Shown: positions 42,341 through 55,130, numbered from the whole stretch's first letter. The stretch is 57,295 nucleotides of DNA, filler included, from Platydemus manokwari (GCA_037951405.1; 5 parts of 5 records of this genome joined end to end with filler, not necessarily neighbours in it), one strand, 5' to 3'. Notes: a model not told the origin generated them from the sequence alone. Translations and numbers: made by a program.

Positions 42341-43053
42341 ACCATGGATATCGAAATAATAACGAAGTTTTGTTATTTTGATTTATTTATTTAAAATCTT
42401 AGAAAATGAATAAAAATATTTTGTAAACAATGTATAAAATCATATTTTAAATAAAACAAAAAAGAAAAAGAAAAAATTATAATAATCGTAAAGGACATGC
42501 TGTAAAAGAGAAAAAAATCAATATTAACATCGAACGGTCACTGCCAATCTTTAAATGATAATCTAAAGGAAAAGAAAATTTTGAAACCAATAATATTATT
42601 GAGTATTTGAATAGTGAATTCGATTTCCTTTTCAATCCTGCATGGCTCCCTGCTCCAATGGACAATTGTTAAACCAAGAAATCCATAGCACACCATAGAA
42701 ACAAATCAAAAACAGTAATAAGAAAGTAAAATTTAATTCTATCACAAAAATTTATTAAAATTTGAAAAATCACGTTGAAAAATCAGAATATTTAAACAAA
42801 TTGAATTTCCAATATTATTTAACTAATAATAACGATAAAAATAATTATAAGCATTATTTGAATTATTATAAATAACTTTAAAATGCTTTTATTCGGGAAA
42901 CTTTCAATTTTTTCCTAAAATCAACATTTTAATGAAATAACAGGAACGATAATAATATAATTAATAATGATTATCATTCATATAACAATTTGAAAATTTA
43001 AACAAAGACATAACTTAATAAATGAAAATCAAACTAGACATCAAATAAATAAA

Positions 43054-43602
43054 TCAAAATCGAAAGCTTTTCTCACCGAGGTTAACTCCTTTCTTAGTAA
43101 TAAGGCCAGGATCTACAAAAATGAACAAGGCATTTATAATAAGATTCTAAAAATTATCCATGCTCAACCTTGTCTTTTCAGGTATCCCCTTCCGAATCCA
43201 GCCGTTCCATTCATTTCACTGGAAGACAAAACTCGGGTTACAAAAACGCCTGGTCTTGATGATGAATGCAATTCTGATAAACTTGCAGATCTGGACTCTC
43301 GACTTTCAGATCTCAATTGTCTGCGAGCCATTATCTTATTCTATTGTGCATTTAGGTACAATTCCTAAAATATTTCTGACTAACTTTTTTGTCTTCCATA
43401 ATAATCTTCCTCCTTGCTGCCGCTTCATTATGTCTCCGCGTTGATTCGATTGCCTTCTCTTTTAATTTATTTTTGTATTCCTTTTGTTTTTCATTTGCTA
43501 CAATTTGTCGGTAGAAATATTTCTTTAGAAATTCTTCATATTTTATTCTTTTGTTTATTTCATAATTTTCTTTCAAAGTAGATAATATTTCATCCGATGA
43601 TT
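43054..43602 (-). CDS. Uncharacterised basic coiled-coil protein, at least 3 exons (start exon not resolved)
   Basis: ESSDEIL...MEDKK|..IMARRQLRSESRE...GFGRGYLKRQ|DPGLITKKGVNLGEKSFRF*. Two ~45-55-nt GT-AG introns in compatible phase. Confidence 0.6.
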
Positions 43603-45221
43603 CTAGAGTATTGTTCAAAATAAGAATTGAAATAGAAAACAATCGCTATTACTATTTCTCATGACCATAAAATCCACATTTTAAATTATCACCGACATTT
43701 ATTTAAACAAACGATTCAATGGAATTTTGACTATTTAATAGTAAATTGTAGTGCAAGTAAGAATGGAAAACATAACCGTATATTTTTTATTAAAGTACGA
43801 AACGTTGACAGATATTTGAACAATGTTAAAATTTATTGGAAAACAAATTTATCGACTATTCAAATGACATTTAAAAAATTGTTTTAAATTTTATTGAATA
43901 TACAATTCATTCATATACAATTAGAATAATTTGATTTTAATGAATATTCCAATGTCATGCTAGAATATGTTTCCATTATTATCATTGGATATAATTTGTT
44001 AATAATTAAAATGTAAAATTCATATGAATTACTCTAAGCTTTTGAATTACTTATTCGATTCTTATCAAATGATAATTATGTTTATTAGTTTGTGTTAATT
44101 TATGTTAATTAAACTTCTAATTGATATATAAACTTTGTAGATTTATTAATTAAAGAAAGTACCATTTTAATATTTAATCAGATATTTTTCAATGTAGTGA
44201 AAAGAATGACATTTTCGGAATTTTTTGATACATATATATACTAATATATATATTAACAGTAAATATTCTAAGTTATATTTAGAAATCATGATAGCAGTCT
44301 ACAAACCGCCAGTTTTCACACTCTAAATTACAATCAGAATACAAAGTCATTTATCTAATTACACCGCAATCTGTATCATAAAGATAAAATAACGACAAAA
44401 ATTAACGACTAAAAAGACTAGACTAATTACATAAAGAATTACTATAGTTAGAATGTTTGAGAGTTATTCAATGGTCTTCATAGGTATCTTGATTGTTTTA
44501 GTAAAAAATCAACAGTTATGCAGGTATTCAAGCAATAGAGTGTAGTGATTTAAGTAAAATAATATCTACTATTCATGTTAACGCTTTCTAAAAACATTAT
44601 CTAATAAATATTTATATTAATTGTTTTATTTTATTTATTATTTGTAGGATTTTTACTCATTACTTTCAATTTGTAATTATATTTTTCATATCTACCAACG
44701 TTAACCCAGTTTATATCGAATTATATGAAAGAATTTTGCAAAACTCTGAATATTGTTTGGATGTTAAAAAGAAAGAATATTCATTATAAATTGTAGTTTC
44801 AGATTATTCGTAGCTCTGATATTATGTTTTCAAGGAAAATTATTCTGATGACCAATATCTCACATATCTTTCGCATAAACTCAATATTAAACATGAAAAG
44901 TAATATCAAACAAACACCCATGGAAATCTTCGAGTTCATTATATTATCAAATAATTGATAATTTGTTTAATCGACTGATTTATGATTTGATTTGTTTTCA
45001 TGTTATGATTTCATGAAACAATGTATTGATCAAATTGTCCATTAGATCGACTTTTGGTTTAATTTATATGTTTGATCAGGTGTTTGGATTATATTTGTTT
45101 TATAAACAAATCAATTAGGGGAAATGTTTGCATTTTAATTCAATCGATTTAAACAAATAAATTATCAAATTGTATAAATTACGATCAGAATACCATTCCA
45201 ATATTAAATTGTGAAATAAAG

Positions 45222-45882
45222 ATGAATAAATTGGTTTGTATTTTCATATTGCTCATTGCTGTCATTAATCTCATTAGATGTGAATGTGGATGTTAACCTC
45301 AGATATTTTATAATAACATTTTGTCTACCGAATATATATATATATATGTGTGTGTGTGTGTATGATTTTATAAATTAATGGAATTTATATTTCAGAATTT
45401 ATTAAAACGAAGTTTTCAAACAATGAAATTGGGAGACATGTTATTGGATAAAAATACTGTTGCCATTATCAATGGGGTTTGTGGAAATACAAAATGAAAA
45501 TATTATTATTGATAGTGAATATTTTATTTGTAGTTCAAGAATCATAATACTGATACAAACCGATGGCCAAAAAATGAAGTTTTGTATTACTTTGTACCAA
45601 CATATCGTAAAATGATCTAATATTGATTATTTTTATGATTATCATTTCTCAACAGCCGAGAAACGTAGAAAAACAGTTAGAGATACACTGGCTGAGTTGC
45701 AAGCTGATTTAAACAATTGTGTAAAATTTATTGAATCCAATCAAAGTCATTATATACTTATTAATAACCAACTTGGTGCCGGTTGTTTCGCAGCAGTGGG
45801 ATATAATAGCGGACCTTATCAACGAATGAATCTCGAGACTCCGCAATGTACATTTTTAAGAACTTTAATTAAACACGAACTG
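45222..45882 (+). pseudogene. Astacin (M12A) metalloprotease 5' half, broken at the zinc-binding motif
   Basis: Signal peptide MNKLVCIFILLIAV; pro-region GDMLL; RWPKNEVLYYF; CVKFIE...GCFAAVGY...Q.MNL...C.....IKHEL, then unrelated sequence. Exon 1/2 phases do not fit. Confidence 0.75.
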
Positions 45883-45954
45883 GAATCACCAAATTTTTCG
45901 CTTCCAAGACGCCTGACTGGTATCGCCATGGGATCGAGCAATTGGCAGAAAGAT

Positions 45955-46054
45955 NNNNNNNNNNNNNNNNNNNNNNNNNNNNNNNNNNNNNNNNNNNNTT
46001 AATTAATTAANNNNNNNNNNNNNNNNNNNNNNNNNNNNNNNNNNNNNNNNNNNN
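45955..46054. other. Assembly gap spacer
   Basis: 44N-TTAATTAATTAA-44N. Confidence 0.98.
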
Positions 46055-46588
46055 AAATTGCAAAATCATTTTATTTTAAAAGGAAACTTAGAGAGTACTT
46101 TCAATATTTTGAATATAATATATAATATTTTTTAACTAGCTATCAGAATAATTAATATCAAAATATACTAAAATATCAATCGACATATTAAAAATATAAT
46201 TACTTACTATTTCCATCAAGTAATAAATCCATCAATCGATATTATATGGAATGAAATATTGAATTTATTAAAATAAGGTTTCGAGTTATTGTTATGCCAT
46301 AGTGATGTCTTAGTTCTCATATGTTTTGAATAATAATAATAATAATAGATTGTTTCAGTAAAAATACGATATGAATTAGATATTTTGATACTGAACCGAA
46401 TTATTTTGATTTTTCTATGCCATGCAATATGAATTGTGATATATAATCAAATCATTTTTCATTTGTGCCAATAAATACATTTAATTTTAATATTTTTTGA
46501 ATTTATTTACCAGCATAATTATCTAAAATTATATATATGTATATATATTTTCCCACGAATGATTTTTATCATTACGCTTATTCTTTAG

Positions 46589-49500
46589 GTCATCAATTGT
46601 TATCCAGGTTTGTTACCGAAATCGTACAAATTTGAACCAAAAATTGCAACAGTTGATTCTGGTTTTCATTTGACATCGATATTTGCCAATGAAACGAGTT
46701 TAACATCAAAAGAATTGGAATACAAGCAGTTCCTTTTAGAAATGCTTGTTGAGCATCGAGATAGCAGTTTAACGAGAGCTTTTTCACAAGTGTGTTATAT
46801 TTGATTATAATTATCAATTGGAATAAGTCATGTTCATTAAAAAAATGTAACAAATAATTAATTATAATATTAGTAATGATGAAAAATAGAAATAATAATC
46901 GCAATTAAAACAATATAAATAATTATTTTATAAAAAGTAATTAAATGTAATTGTAATGTATTTAATGAAACTTAAATTTCAATTAAATCAAAACTATTGA
47001 ATCGCACGTACAATTCAACATGCGAATAATAACTGTGCTAATACTTAGTAAATTTCAATATGATTAGCTTACACACACAGACAAATTATCCATTGATTTC
47101 AATACCGTGCACTCATTAAGAGTGTGTTAATAATTTGCTCTTCAAGGCTCGCTTAAATGTAACTTCATACATTTCTAATTTTAAAATAATTGCTATTATT
47201 TTGATGATTTATTCTGGAGGAAATATTTTTAATCTAAAACTGTTATTGTGTTCGATGATAAATTGAAAATCTTAACGAATACATATATTTGTTATAATAT
47301 ACGACAAATAAATGTTAAATTAACCGTGTATATAGACCGTTGATATATTGAAGACAAGTTATACAATCACAATGTTATCACTGATGGATCCATTCGCATG
47401 ATCTCGCTTACATCGGAATTGTAAAAATAAAAATAAATCTCAAATAATCATCTCTTTTTAATCATTGATTTTAGTTTTGTTATTAGACCAATAAAATAAA
47501 AACGAAGAAATGAGAATTTAGTATAAACATCTACTTACAGATTTATAAGTAGGCTAGATTGTGTTAGGCAAATATAGGTATATAAATATATATATCTATT
47601 AGTGTATTATATGGATAATATAGCCTTAATAAAATTATCACACTTTGGGGAAATATTAAAATAACAAATCAATTTATCATAGGTTCTACTTGCTCTGTTT
47701 CCTGCATGGGTTCTATCATGACAGAAACATCCCAATCGTCATATTGAATAGTATCGTTTATCACTTCTATACATGCTTCTAACGACTGGGTTGTGATTGT
47801 GCTGGCGTTATTGTCTTTCAAATATGGCAATATGATATTTACACCTTTGACACAAACACATCTATGACCCCAAGTGGGTGTAGGTAAATTAACACTGCGT
47901 TGCCATCCGCGTTCAATGTCGTCTGGTCTCCACCGTTCAACTTCGGCTGTACAAAAGGAGTCACCACCACCACCGAGACAATAAAATTCCCCATCTAATA
48001 TACACGTTGCAAAATCGGCTCTTTGTTGTAATAAACTAGGCATGGGTGACCAAATGTCATTGACAGGACTATACCGTTCTACAGTGCTCCACTGATTTTC
48101 ATCTCCTCCACCAATTACATAAATATATCCATCATGTGTTAAGGCATTAAAATAATACCTTTGCTGACTCATTGCCTTGATAAATGTCCATTGATTTATT
48201 TGTGGATCATACATTTCACAACTAGCAGTTAATGCTTCCATTTGACTCTCTGTATATCCTCCCAACACGTATAGTTTCCCATTGAGGGCATCTGCGGCTG
48301 GAGCACTACGCATCATTAACATTGGAGTGATTTCAATCCATTGATTTCGGCTATAAATGAATTTTTCAACACTATCTAAAACAGTTTTATTGTTATCACC
48401 TCCAATTGCATAAATCACTTCATCGTTCAAATTTACCACTGCTAAATCTCGCCTAATTTCATGCATGGGAGCTTTGTTAATCCATTTGTGTTGCATAAAA
48501 TCAAAACAAATAACCTCTTGTGTTGCTTGATGTTGTCTTATTTCTCCACCGAGAATGAATACTTGGGTTTTTTGAAAAAGAGTTATTCCAAAACTCATTA
48601 AAGGTCTTGGTAATACGATAGAATTATCTTTACTACTCGTATAGGAGACCCACAACTGAGATCTGCTATCAAAAACCCGGACTGCTCTGCTTGCCGTCCC
48701 GGCTTCCCAACCACCGAAAACGAAAATTGCTTCATGTGGTAATCTTGGTCTACATTTGTAATTTTGTTCCATATCATTGTTGTTACCACATTTGGCCAAT
48801 GGGCGTAAATTCCGTTTATTGCGAAATAAATATCGCCGTACTTGTCTGATATTAGTCAAACAATCGTTCGACTGTGTCCGTTTGATTATTTGATTTTTCC
48901 ATAACGTTTCAATTTGATCAAACGTCAATAAACCTAACCGCACACCAGTGATCAATCGACCGATTTGGTGAGCACGTTTCAAAGAGTTGTGGTCGATCCA
49001 TCTACCAATAACGTCAATCAGTTGATATTCGTCATGGACATTCAATCGATCATCCGTTAGTAAACACATTAATTGATCAACAGTGAGCTGTTGGAAACTC
49101 GAAACCGATGATGATGATATTAAATTTTTCAAAACATAATTTTCGACTGCCATTTTCGATTTAAGAGAATCATAACGATTAACAAGAATCCATAACGTCC
49201 ACGAAGTGTCATCATTGATATTGTTTTCAATAAATTTGTCACACATATCTGTCAATTCAATGATTTTATAATCGTATGATATACGTAATAAAGTTTCCAA
49301 ATTGTCACAACTGATCTGACATTGACCAATGTGACAAAATCGGATCACCAATTCCAAGTCACAAAGTCGATCGGTTTGATAATGAAAATCATCATTTTTA
49401 CCATTTAATCGCAGCAGATTTTTAAACAATTCACTTTTCGAAGCTAATTTATAAGCATTTACATGAATTTTATATTTCTTATTGATGATCATACGATTGT

Positions 49501-52500
49501 TTAGAGCCCATTGCATGCGATAATCGTTTAAAATGTTGTGATTAAATGTTTCTTTATTGCTTTTTTCAATTGACATCAATGATCCACGACAGTTTGATTA
49601 TTTTTTATAGATTTTATGGATAGATCGATTTTATTATGACATAACTGCTCTTTATTTTTAATAGAAAATGTGATTATATTTTTATTAAAATGAAAGATAT
49701 AATATAAATCGAGTTGAATCATAACGGTTTTATTGTAACATTGCTATAATAATTTCTTTCGTTTGACAATTATGTGTATGATCTGCCGTTGGAAAATGTT
49801 ATTCATTTATATAGACAACACGACTAGTGTATTTATTAATTATTCGACGATAAGTATTATATAATTCGCTCTTACATCATTAATTGTATTAATTATCTTA
49901 ACGAAATTTTTATTTCGGTAATTGTTGTTACTTACAATTAATATTTATTTATTTGAAAACTAATTTTATTAATAAAATGTAAAATAATATATTATGTTTT
50001 ATTTATAATATTTATAATATATTTTATTTTATCGAAGGTAGATGAAACCCAGTTAATTATATTACAATCACGTTTAGTACTTGATAGGAATTATATCGGC
50101 TTACTGATTCAATGTGCTGTTTACTCATCGATATCGAATAGGGTCTCGAATCTATCATTTAATTTTAGCTGATTGGTTAATTCGAGCACAAGACTATTTT
50201 ATTTACATTCATTATCACTGGTCCACTCGGTTGTATCTGTTTGTTGTAATTGAACTTTCCTTTTCTATAACATGACTCACGAATAATAATCAAATAATTA
50301 AATTGAATATAAACTGCCACGGTAATGATAATATTAATAATATAATATAAACAACATATTGTAATGTTAATATTTAAAACAGTCATGCAAGAAACATGAA
50401 TTAAAACTGATCTTACATGCTGATGAAATTACATGCTGATGTCTTATTTCATTCAGTAATAAAATACACATTTCAGATCGTTGAGACCGTCCTTGTCAAA
50501 TTATATGTGGAATTGGAACCTCAGAAATTATTTCATAATTTCACGATGATGTTGACTGATGTGGACTATGATGATTTGGTGGAATATTTAACCGATACTA
50601 AACATTTCCATGCATGTGCCATGGTCATGCAATGGTATGGTCAACTGGACAAGGCTGTCAGTATCTGGTCACGGTAATTTTTTAAATCATCTTTGGATAT
50701 CGATTTTTATAAATTTTTAAAATTATTAAAAACTATCTTGTATTATTATTTCATTGGTTGTGACCAATGAATTATGATTTAACAACTCGTTTAGCACATA
50801 AAGTATCTCTTTCTTATAACATGTTTATTTTATAACGAATTTTACGAGCATATATTTTCTTGCATATCTTGAAATTTTTATTAATATTTGATTTAATTAA
50901 TTCAAATACTTAATTTTAAGAAAATGCTCATTGATTAATTTATTTAAGTAAACAATTTTTCATCATCAATGAAAACAGCAAGTTTTTCTGATGCAAGGAT
51001 TTCATCGTCACCATGACAACTGTCAGGGGAAAGAGCAAAATATATTCGATTAAAAATAAATTTGAAATATTATCGTTTGATATTTGTTTTCTATATTTAT
51101 CGTAAACAAAGACTGTTCAAGTTCGATAACAGTTTAGTTTGAGTATAGCTTGCTTTGTATACGCATCTAACGAATAAGAAATATTTCAAAAACAAATCTT
51201 GTTGTAACTATTTTTTTTCTTTTGTTTTCTTTTTACTGATTTTCCTTCCTTATTTTTAGATTAATGAAAGAAGAAATTCAAGATCCAATATTTCCCGGAA
51301 TAGATTTTCTAAAAGAGGTTTTATCAAAGTAAGAATGTCTCATTTTATGTTTTATGTGACCAAATGAAACTATTTATCATAAATTAATAAATACATATAA
51401 TATATTGTGATTAAAATTGTATATAATTAATAATTAAGATTTTACTACAGTATATCCTTGTTTTTTTGCATTTTGTTAATGTTAGTATTTTGTATTTAAA
51501 ACTGATAAAATCGACTAGTATCTCTATTATAGAAAATTGTTTTACTATGGATTATAAACTCAGTGAATATCAATTTTTGTTTAATATCACTAAAATATTT
51601 TAAAATTTTTGCTTTAAATTCGTTAGATTAAGTACAATCTGATCACAGTTTAAAAGCAAGCACCTAAGATAAATTAACAGTTCTGCTTTGATTAATTGTC
51701 GCTGATTACTAAAACCAACTTATAGTGATAAATTAACCTAAGACACATCATTGCTTGTATATAGGTTTAGCTATTTTGATCGATTTTTAATTTGTTTTTC
51801 TCTTAATTGTGCAAAATCTTTTTATATAATAAGAGTAAAATATGTTTCTCATTAATATGAGTGTTATTACATAGTTTTTATATATCTAGTATGCGACTCT
51901 TAGAATGCAATGATATTTTAACATTTTTCTTGACTTTCGACTCATTATTTGAATTATATTCGATTGGTTCACGTATTGTAATGAAATATTGACATCTCCA
52001 GGATGTGAATTGACCCAAAAATGGTGTTGATTTTTATTATAATTAATTATATATGATAATATTTAGCATTTCTGATCCGAATATAATCGTTAAAAATATC
52101 GATTGGCTATTAAAATTTGATCCAATGAGCACATCAGAGATATTGAAAAATTTCATCGATCGATTCAAAAATGAGCATGATTTAATCAGTATTTTGGTGA
52201 CCGATGAAGTGATGTCACACATTCAGAATTATCCGGACACATTGTTTGATATTTTATTTGAACTTTGCCAAAACGATTTGCTTCAAGTTTGTTTTTCGAT
52301 AATGCAATGATATGTATTATCAGTGATGAACAATCGTTTAGAATCATTCACAACATGAACATTTGGCTCAGATTTTCATGAAAAAACTTTCAGAAACGAA
52401 ATCGGATCCAGTGGAATTCAATTTACTGAGAACAAAATTTCAACAGTTTCTGAGTATTTCCGACAATTATCCCACTCAGAAATTATTGATACAAGTTAGA

Positions 52501-52752
52501 GAATTTTCAATATCTTTACTCATCGAAGAGGCTTTGATTTTAGGCCAAGTGAGTTTGTTGAAATTTGATTTGAAATAAAATGATTTGTCAGATGACGGAA
52601 CATGAGTCAGCTTTAGAAATACTAGTCAATCAATTACATGATTTCGAGTTGGCCGAGAAATATTGTGTTATTTTCGAACAGAAGAACCAAGTTAACAATT
52701 CCAATCTATTCGTAACGTTACTGAGTATTTATCTTGCTAATAAGGATCTAAG
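46589..52752 (+). CDS. TGFBRAP1: TGFBRAP1/VPS3 (VPS39-family CORVET subunit), partial. Exons 46589-46789, 50477-50673, 51260-51328, 52067-52286, 52342-52548, 52592-52752
   Basis: YPGLLP...KQFLLEML; VETVLVKLYVE...AVSIWSR; IDWLL; THEHLA...KFQQFLSISDNY...EEALILGQ|MTEHESALEILVNQLHDFELAEKYC...LFVTLLSIYL. These follow the Vps39_1/clathrin-repeat region in order, and all junctions are phase-compatible. Confidence 0.85.
47669..49576 (-). CDS. KLHL10: Kelch-like protein (BTB-BACK plus six Kelch repeats), KLHL10-like, intronless, nested in a TGFBRAP1 intron
   Basis: BTB (LASKSELFKNL...FCHIGQC), BACK (LLTDDRLNVHDE...RWIDH...VRLGLL), RPRLPHEAIFVFGGW (typical of the KLHL10 group) and six GG-containing Kelch blades. 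Family call is strong; exact orthology is less certain. Confidence 0.9.
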   Translation of the reverse strand: MSIEKSNKETFNHNILNDYRMQWALNNRMIINKKYKIHVNAYKLASKSELFKNLLRLNGKNDDFHYQTDRLCDLELVIRFCHIGQCQISCDNLETLLRISYDYKIIELTDMCDKFIENNINDDTSWTLWILVNRYDSLKSKMAVENYVLKNLISSSSVSSFQQLTVDQLMCLLTDDRLNVHDEYQLIDVIGRWIDHNSLKRAHQIGRLITGVRLGLLTFDQIETLWKNQIIKRTQSNDCLTNIRQVRRYLFRNKRNLRPLAKCGNNNDMEQNYKCRPRLPHEAIFVFGGWEAGTASRAVRVFDSRSQLWVSYTSSKDNSIVLPRPLMSFGITLFQKTQVFILGGEIRQHQATQEVICFDFMQHKWINKAPMHEIRRDLAVVNLNDEVIYAIGGDNNKTVLDSVEKFIYSRNQWIEITPMLMMRSAPAADALNGKLYVLGGYTESQMEALTASCEMYDPQINQWTFIKAMSQQRYYFNALTHDGYIYVIGGGDENQWSTVERYSPVNDIWSPMPSLLQQRADFATCILDGEFYCLGGGGDSFCTAEVERWRPDDIERGWQRSVNLPTPTWGHRCVCVKGVNIILPYLKDNNASTITTQSLEACIEVINDTIQYDDWDVSVMIEPMQETEQVEPMIN

Positions 52753-52776
52753 GTTATTTCAGTACATTGCTTAGAG

Positions 52777-53147
52777 CAGTGGTTCTCAACCTCGGGGTCG
52801 CGACCCCAAAAGAAATAGGCAAACATTTTTAAAAGGGTGCCGAATTAGGGTAGGTGTACAAACCATTACATGTGAAAAATTGTTTTATGATGCTGTTAAA
52901 TCAATAGTTTGTGATGCTGATTAAACTATTTCTGTTCACAATTACTCGGACTACTACAGTTAAATATTTTATAGGTAATGTTATTATCTGATAGTCTTAT
53001 TATAAGTAATTCATTACTTGTTGTAAATTGGTTTATTAAATATGGTGAATTATGACTTATTTTTAGTACTATTGATTTTCTTTGGGGTCGCCAAGATCTT
53101 AAAAATGGGGAAATATGTCACCATAGAAAAAAGGTTGAGAACCGCTG
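52777..53147. mobile_element. hAT/Charlie-type MITE (371 bp)
   Basis: TIRs CAGTGGTTCTCAACCT / AGGTTGAGAACCGCTG; subterminal GGGGTCGC motifs; 8-bp TSD gcttagag/acttatag (6 of 8 match). Confidence 0.9.
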
Positions 53148-53173
53148 ACTTATAGTTTCTATATGGATAGAAT

Positions 53174-53175
<2 letters not shown>

Positions 53176-53229
<54 letters not shown>
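53176..53229. repeat. (ATT)n microsatellite
   Basis: Directly visible. Confidence 0.95.
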
Positions 53230-53486
53230 TGATAATCAGATTTTATTTTTGATTATTAGTAGAATTTTATTTTCTATTATTGTGTTATTATTTACATTTT
53301 TATTTTAGATCAATGTTAGTGGAAATTAGGGAACTATGCGAATGCAGTTTTGGAAATACCATAGTTTCAGATTACTGGAAAGCAATATGAAAAGTCAAAG
53401 TGTGGGACAAATTAATGTTTTACTTTATTTTGTTTAATGAAATAAAAATTTCGGGTTAAGTCGTTTTTTAAATTATTTAAATTATT

Positions 53487-54149
53487 ATGAATGAAAATAA
53501 ATTGGCAGAGCTGTTTAATACCTTATCTAAGAAATATTAAACTTAAATAACGTGCGCTGGAACCTAATTTGAATGGGGTGTTTGTTTTTCCACAATCCAA
53601 AAATTAGATGAGAGATATGATTATGAAAGTGGGATGAAGTGCTTTAGAGCATATAACACGGTTTTTAATGTTAATAAAACCAATAATTCTCTTGACCATG
53701 ACAAGAAACCATATAAAATTCCATCTGGTGCTAGAGAAATAATTAATATAAATACTTGTCTGGAGGAAATTTAAGGAAAATATAAAGTTGAAAATTCTGA
53801 ACAATATGAAAATAATGTTAGTGTCACGGTGAATACAGAAACATCCAAATGTAAACTTGTGAACAAAAAAGATATAAAAGATATATAAAAAACAAAAAGA
53901 TATAAAAGGGTAGTTGGATTAATACTAATACCTCTGATGTGCTTAAATCTACAAATAATATTCATAGTTTTGTGGCTTATAGTGTTCCAATGGTTTCTAA
54001 TTTTTAGAGAGAAAAATTCCCCAATTTTTTTTCTATTGATATGCAAGTATTTTGAAAAAATAACTTTCAGAATTATTGACCAAGATGGAAATTTATTCGA
54101 TTTTGATTCAGAAGTAATATCTCTAAGTGTATATATTTAACAAGTATAA
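53487..54149 (+). mobile_element. Maverick/Polinton minor capsid (penton)-like gene, decayed
   Basis: LDERYDYESGMKCFRAYNTVFNVNKTNN at the N-terminus and ITFRIIDQDGNLFDFDSEVISLSVYI at the C-terminus match Polinton penton motifs (F.tYNsi.N...NN; i.DQ.g...df.ge.i). Frameshifts and stops present. Confidence 0.7.
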
Positions 54150-54274
54150 ATGGAACTCAGACTCGAGCTTCGCCCTGCCTGCGGTAAAAGTCCGACGAAC
54201 ACAATTCCTTCCTTCACACTCATTCTTCGTCTGATCTACGGCATTCATTAGGTAAATAAATTATCAATTTTAAA

Positions 54275-54708
54275 ATGGTAATAAGTTTTAATGCTTTTCT
54301 AGCTAAATATAGAATTTATAAATCCACTAATTTTGATTTAAAAGATATTGCTGGTGATTTAAGTTTAAATGCAAAGATTCTAATGAGAAATGAGTTAAAG
54401 AGACTTCAATCAAATAATGTAGTATATGTCATTATGAATTTAGAAACTTCAAAAGAAAAGGGATCAAATTGGGTATCGATATTTAAATCACATAACATAT
54501 ATTTTGACCCCATGGAATTTTACCGAAAAAAGATGTTTATAATTTTTTCAATAAAATGATTTATAATAAAATTCAAGTACAAACAGAGGGAGAATCATGT
54601 GGTCATTTATCAATGTATGTTTTATTTTGTTTCGATGAGGAATTAAAATTTGTTTATATTATTGAGAGTATGTACAATGAAATACAATTGATAAATTTAG
54701 ATATCTAA
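54275..54708 (+). mobile_element. Maverick/Polinton adenain-like cysteine protease gene, frameshifted
   Basis: TNFDL...LMRNEL...IMNLETSKEKGSNWVS...YFDP, then after a frameshift GILP...YNKIQVQTEGESCGH. This is the adenain H/D/Q/C arrangement with the catalytic His replaced by Asn. Confidence 0.8.
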
Positions 54709-54709
54709 A

Positions 54710-55130
54710 ATGTCTTACCCAATTCAGTGTGATAAATCATGAAATGGCATGAGGGAACTTAGAGAAATCTCAAATGCTAGAGAAAGGACTTATGATAGAA
54801 AATATATTAATGACGAAGGTGAAAGTATGAAGAGTAATTTAAAGTTAAACAATTATAGGATAACAAACATAACTGATCCTGAGAATGATTTTGATGCTGT
54901 TAATAAAAAATATCTTGAAAAATGTATTAATGAAAGGAATTTGAATCTTTAAATAATTAAAAATAATATTGAGAAAGAAATTGGAGAAACTAATAAAAAC
55001 TTGAGGATTTCTACTTATATGTCAAGTGCAAGATCTGACTTAATGAAATAAAACAAACACAGTATTAATAAACTTGATACTCCATGTAAATCTATAATTA
55101 GTATGGTAAATGATAATAAAAAATAAATGA
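54710..55130 (+). mobile_element. Polinton fibre-like/coiled-coil gene relic
   Basis: GESMKSNLKLNNYRITNITDPENDFDAVNKKYLE is a DAxNKKYVD-type repeat. It starts just after the protease stop and has internal stops. The 3' limit is approximate. Confidence 0.55.
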
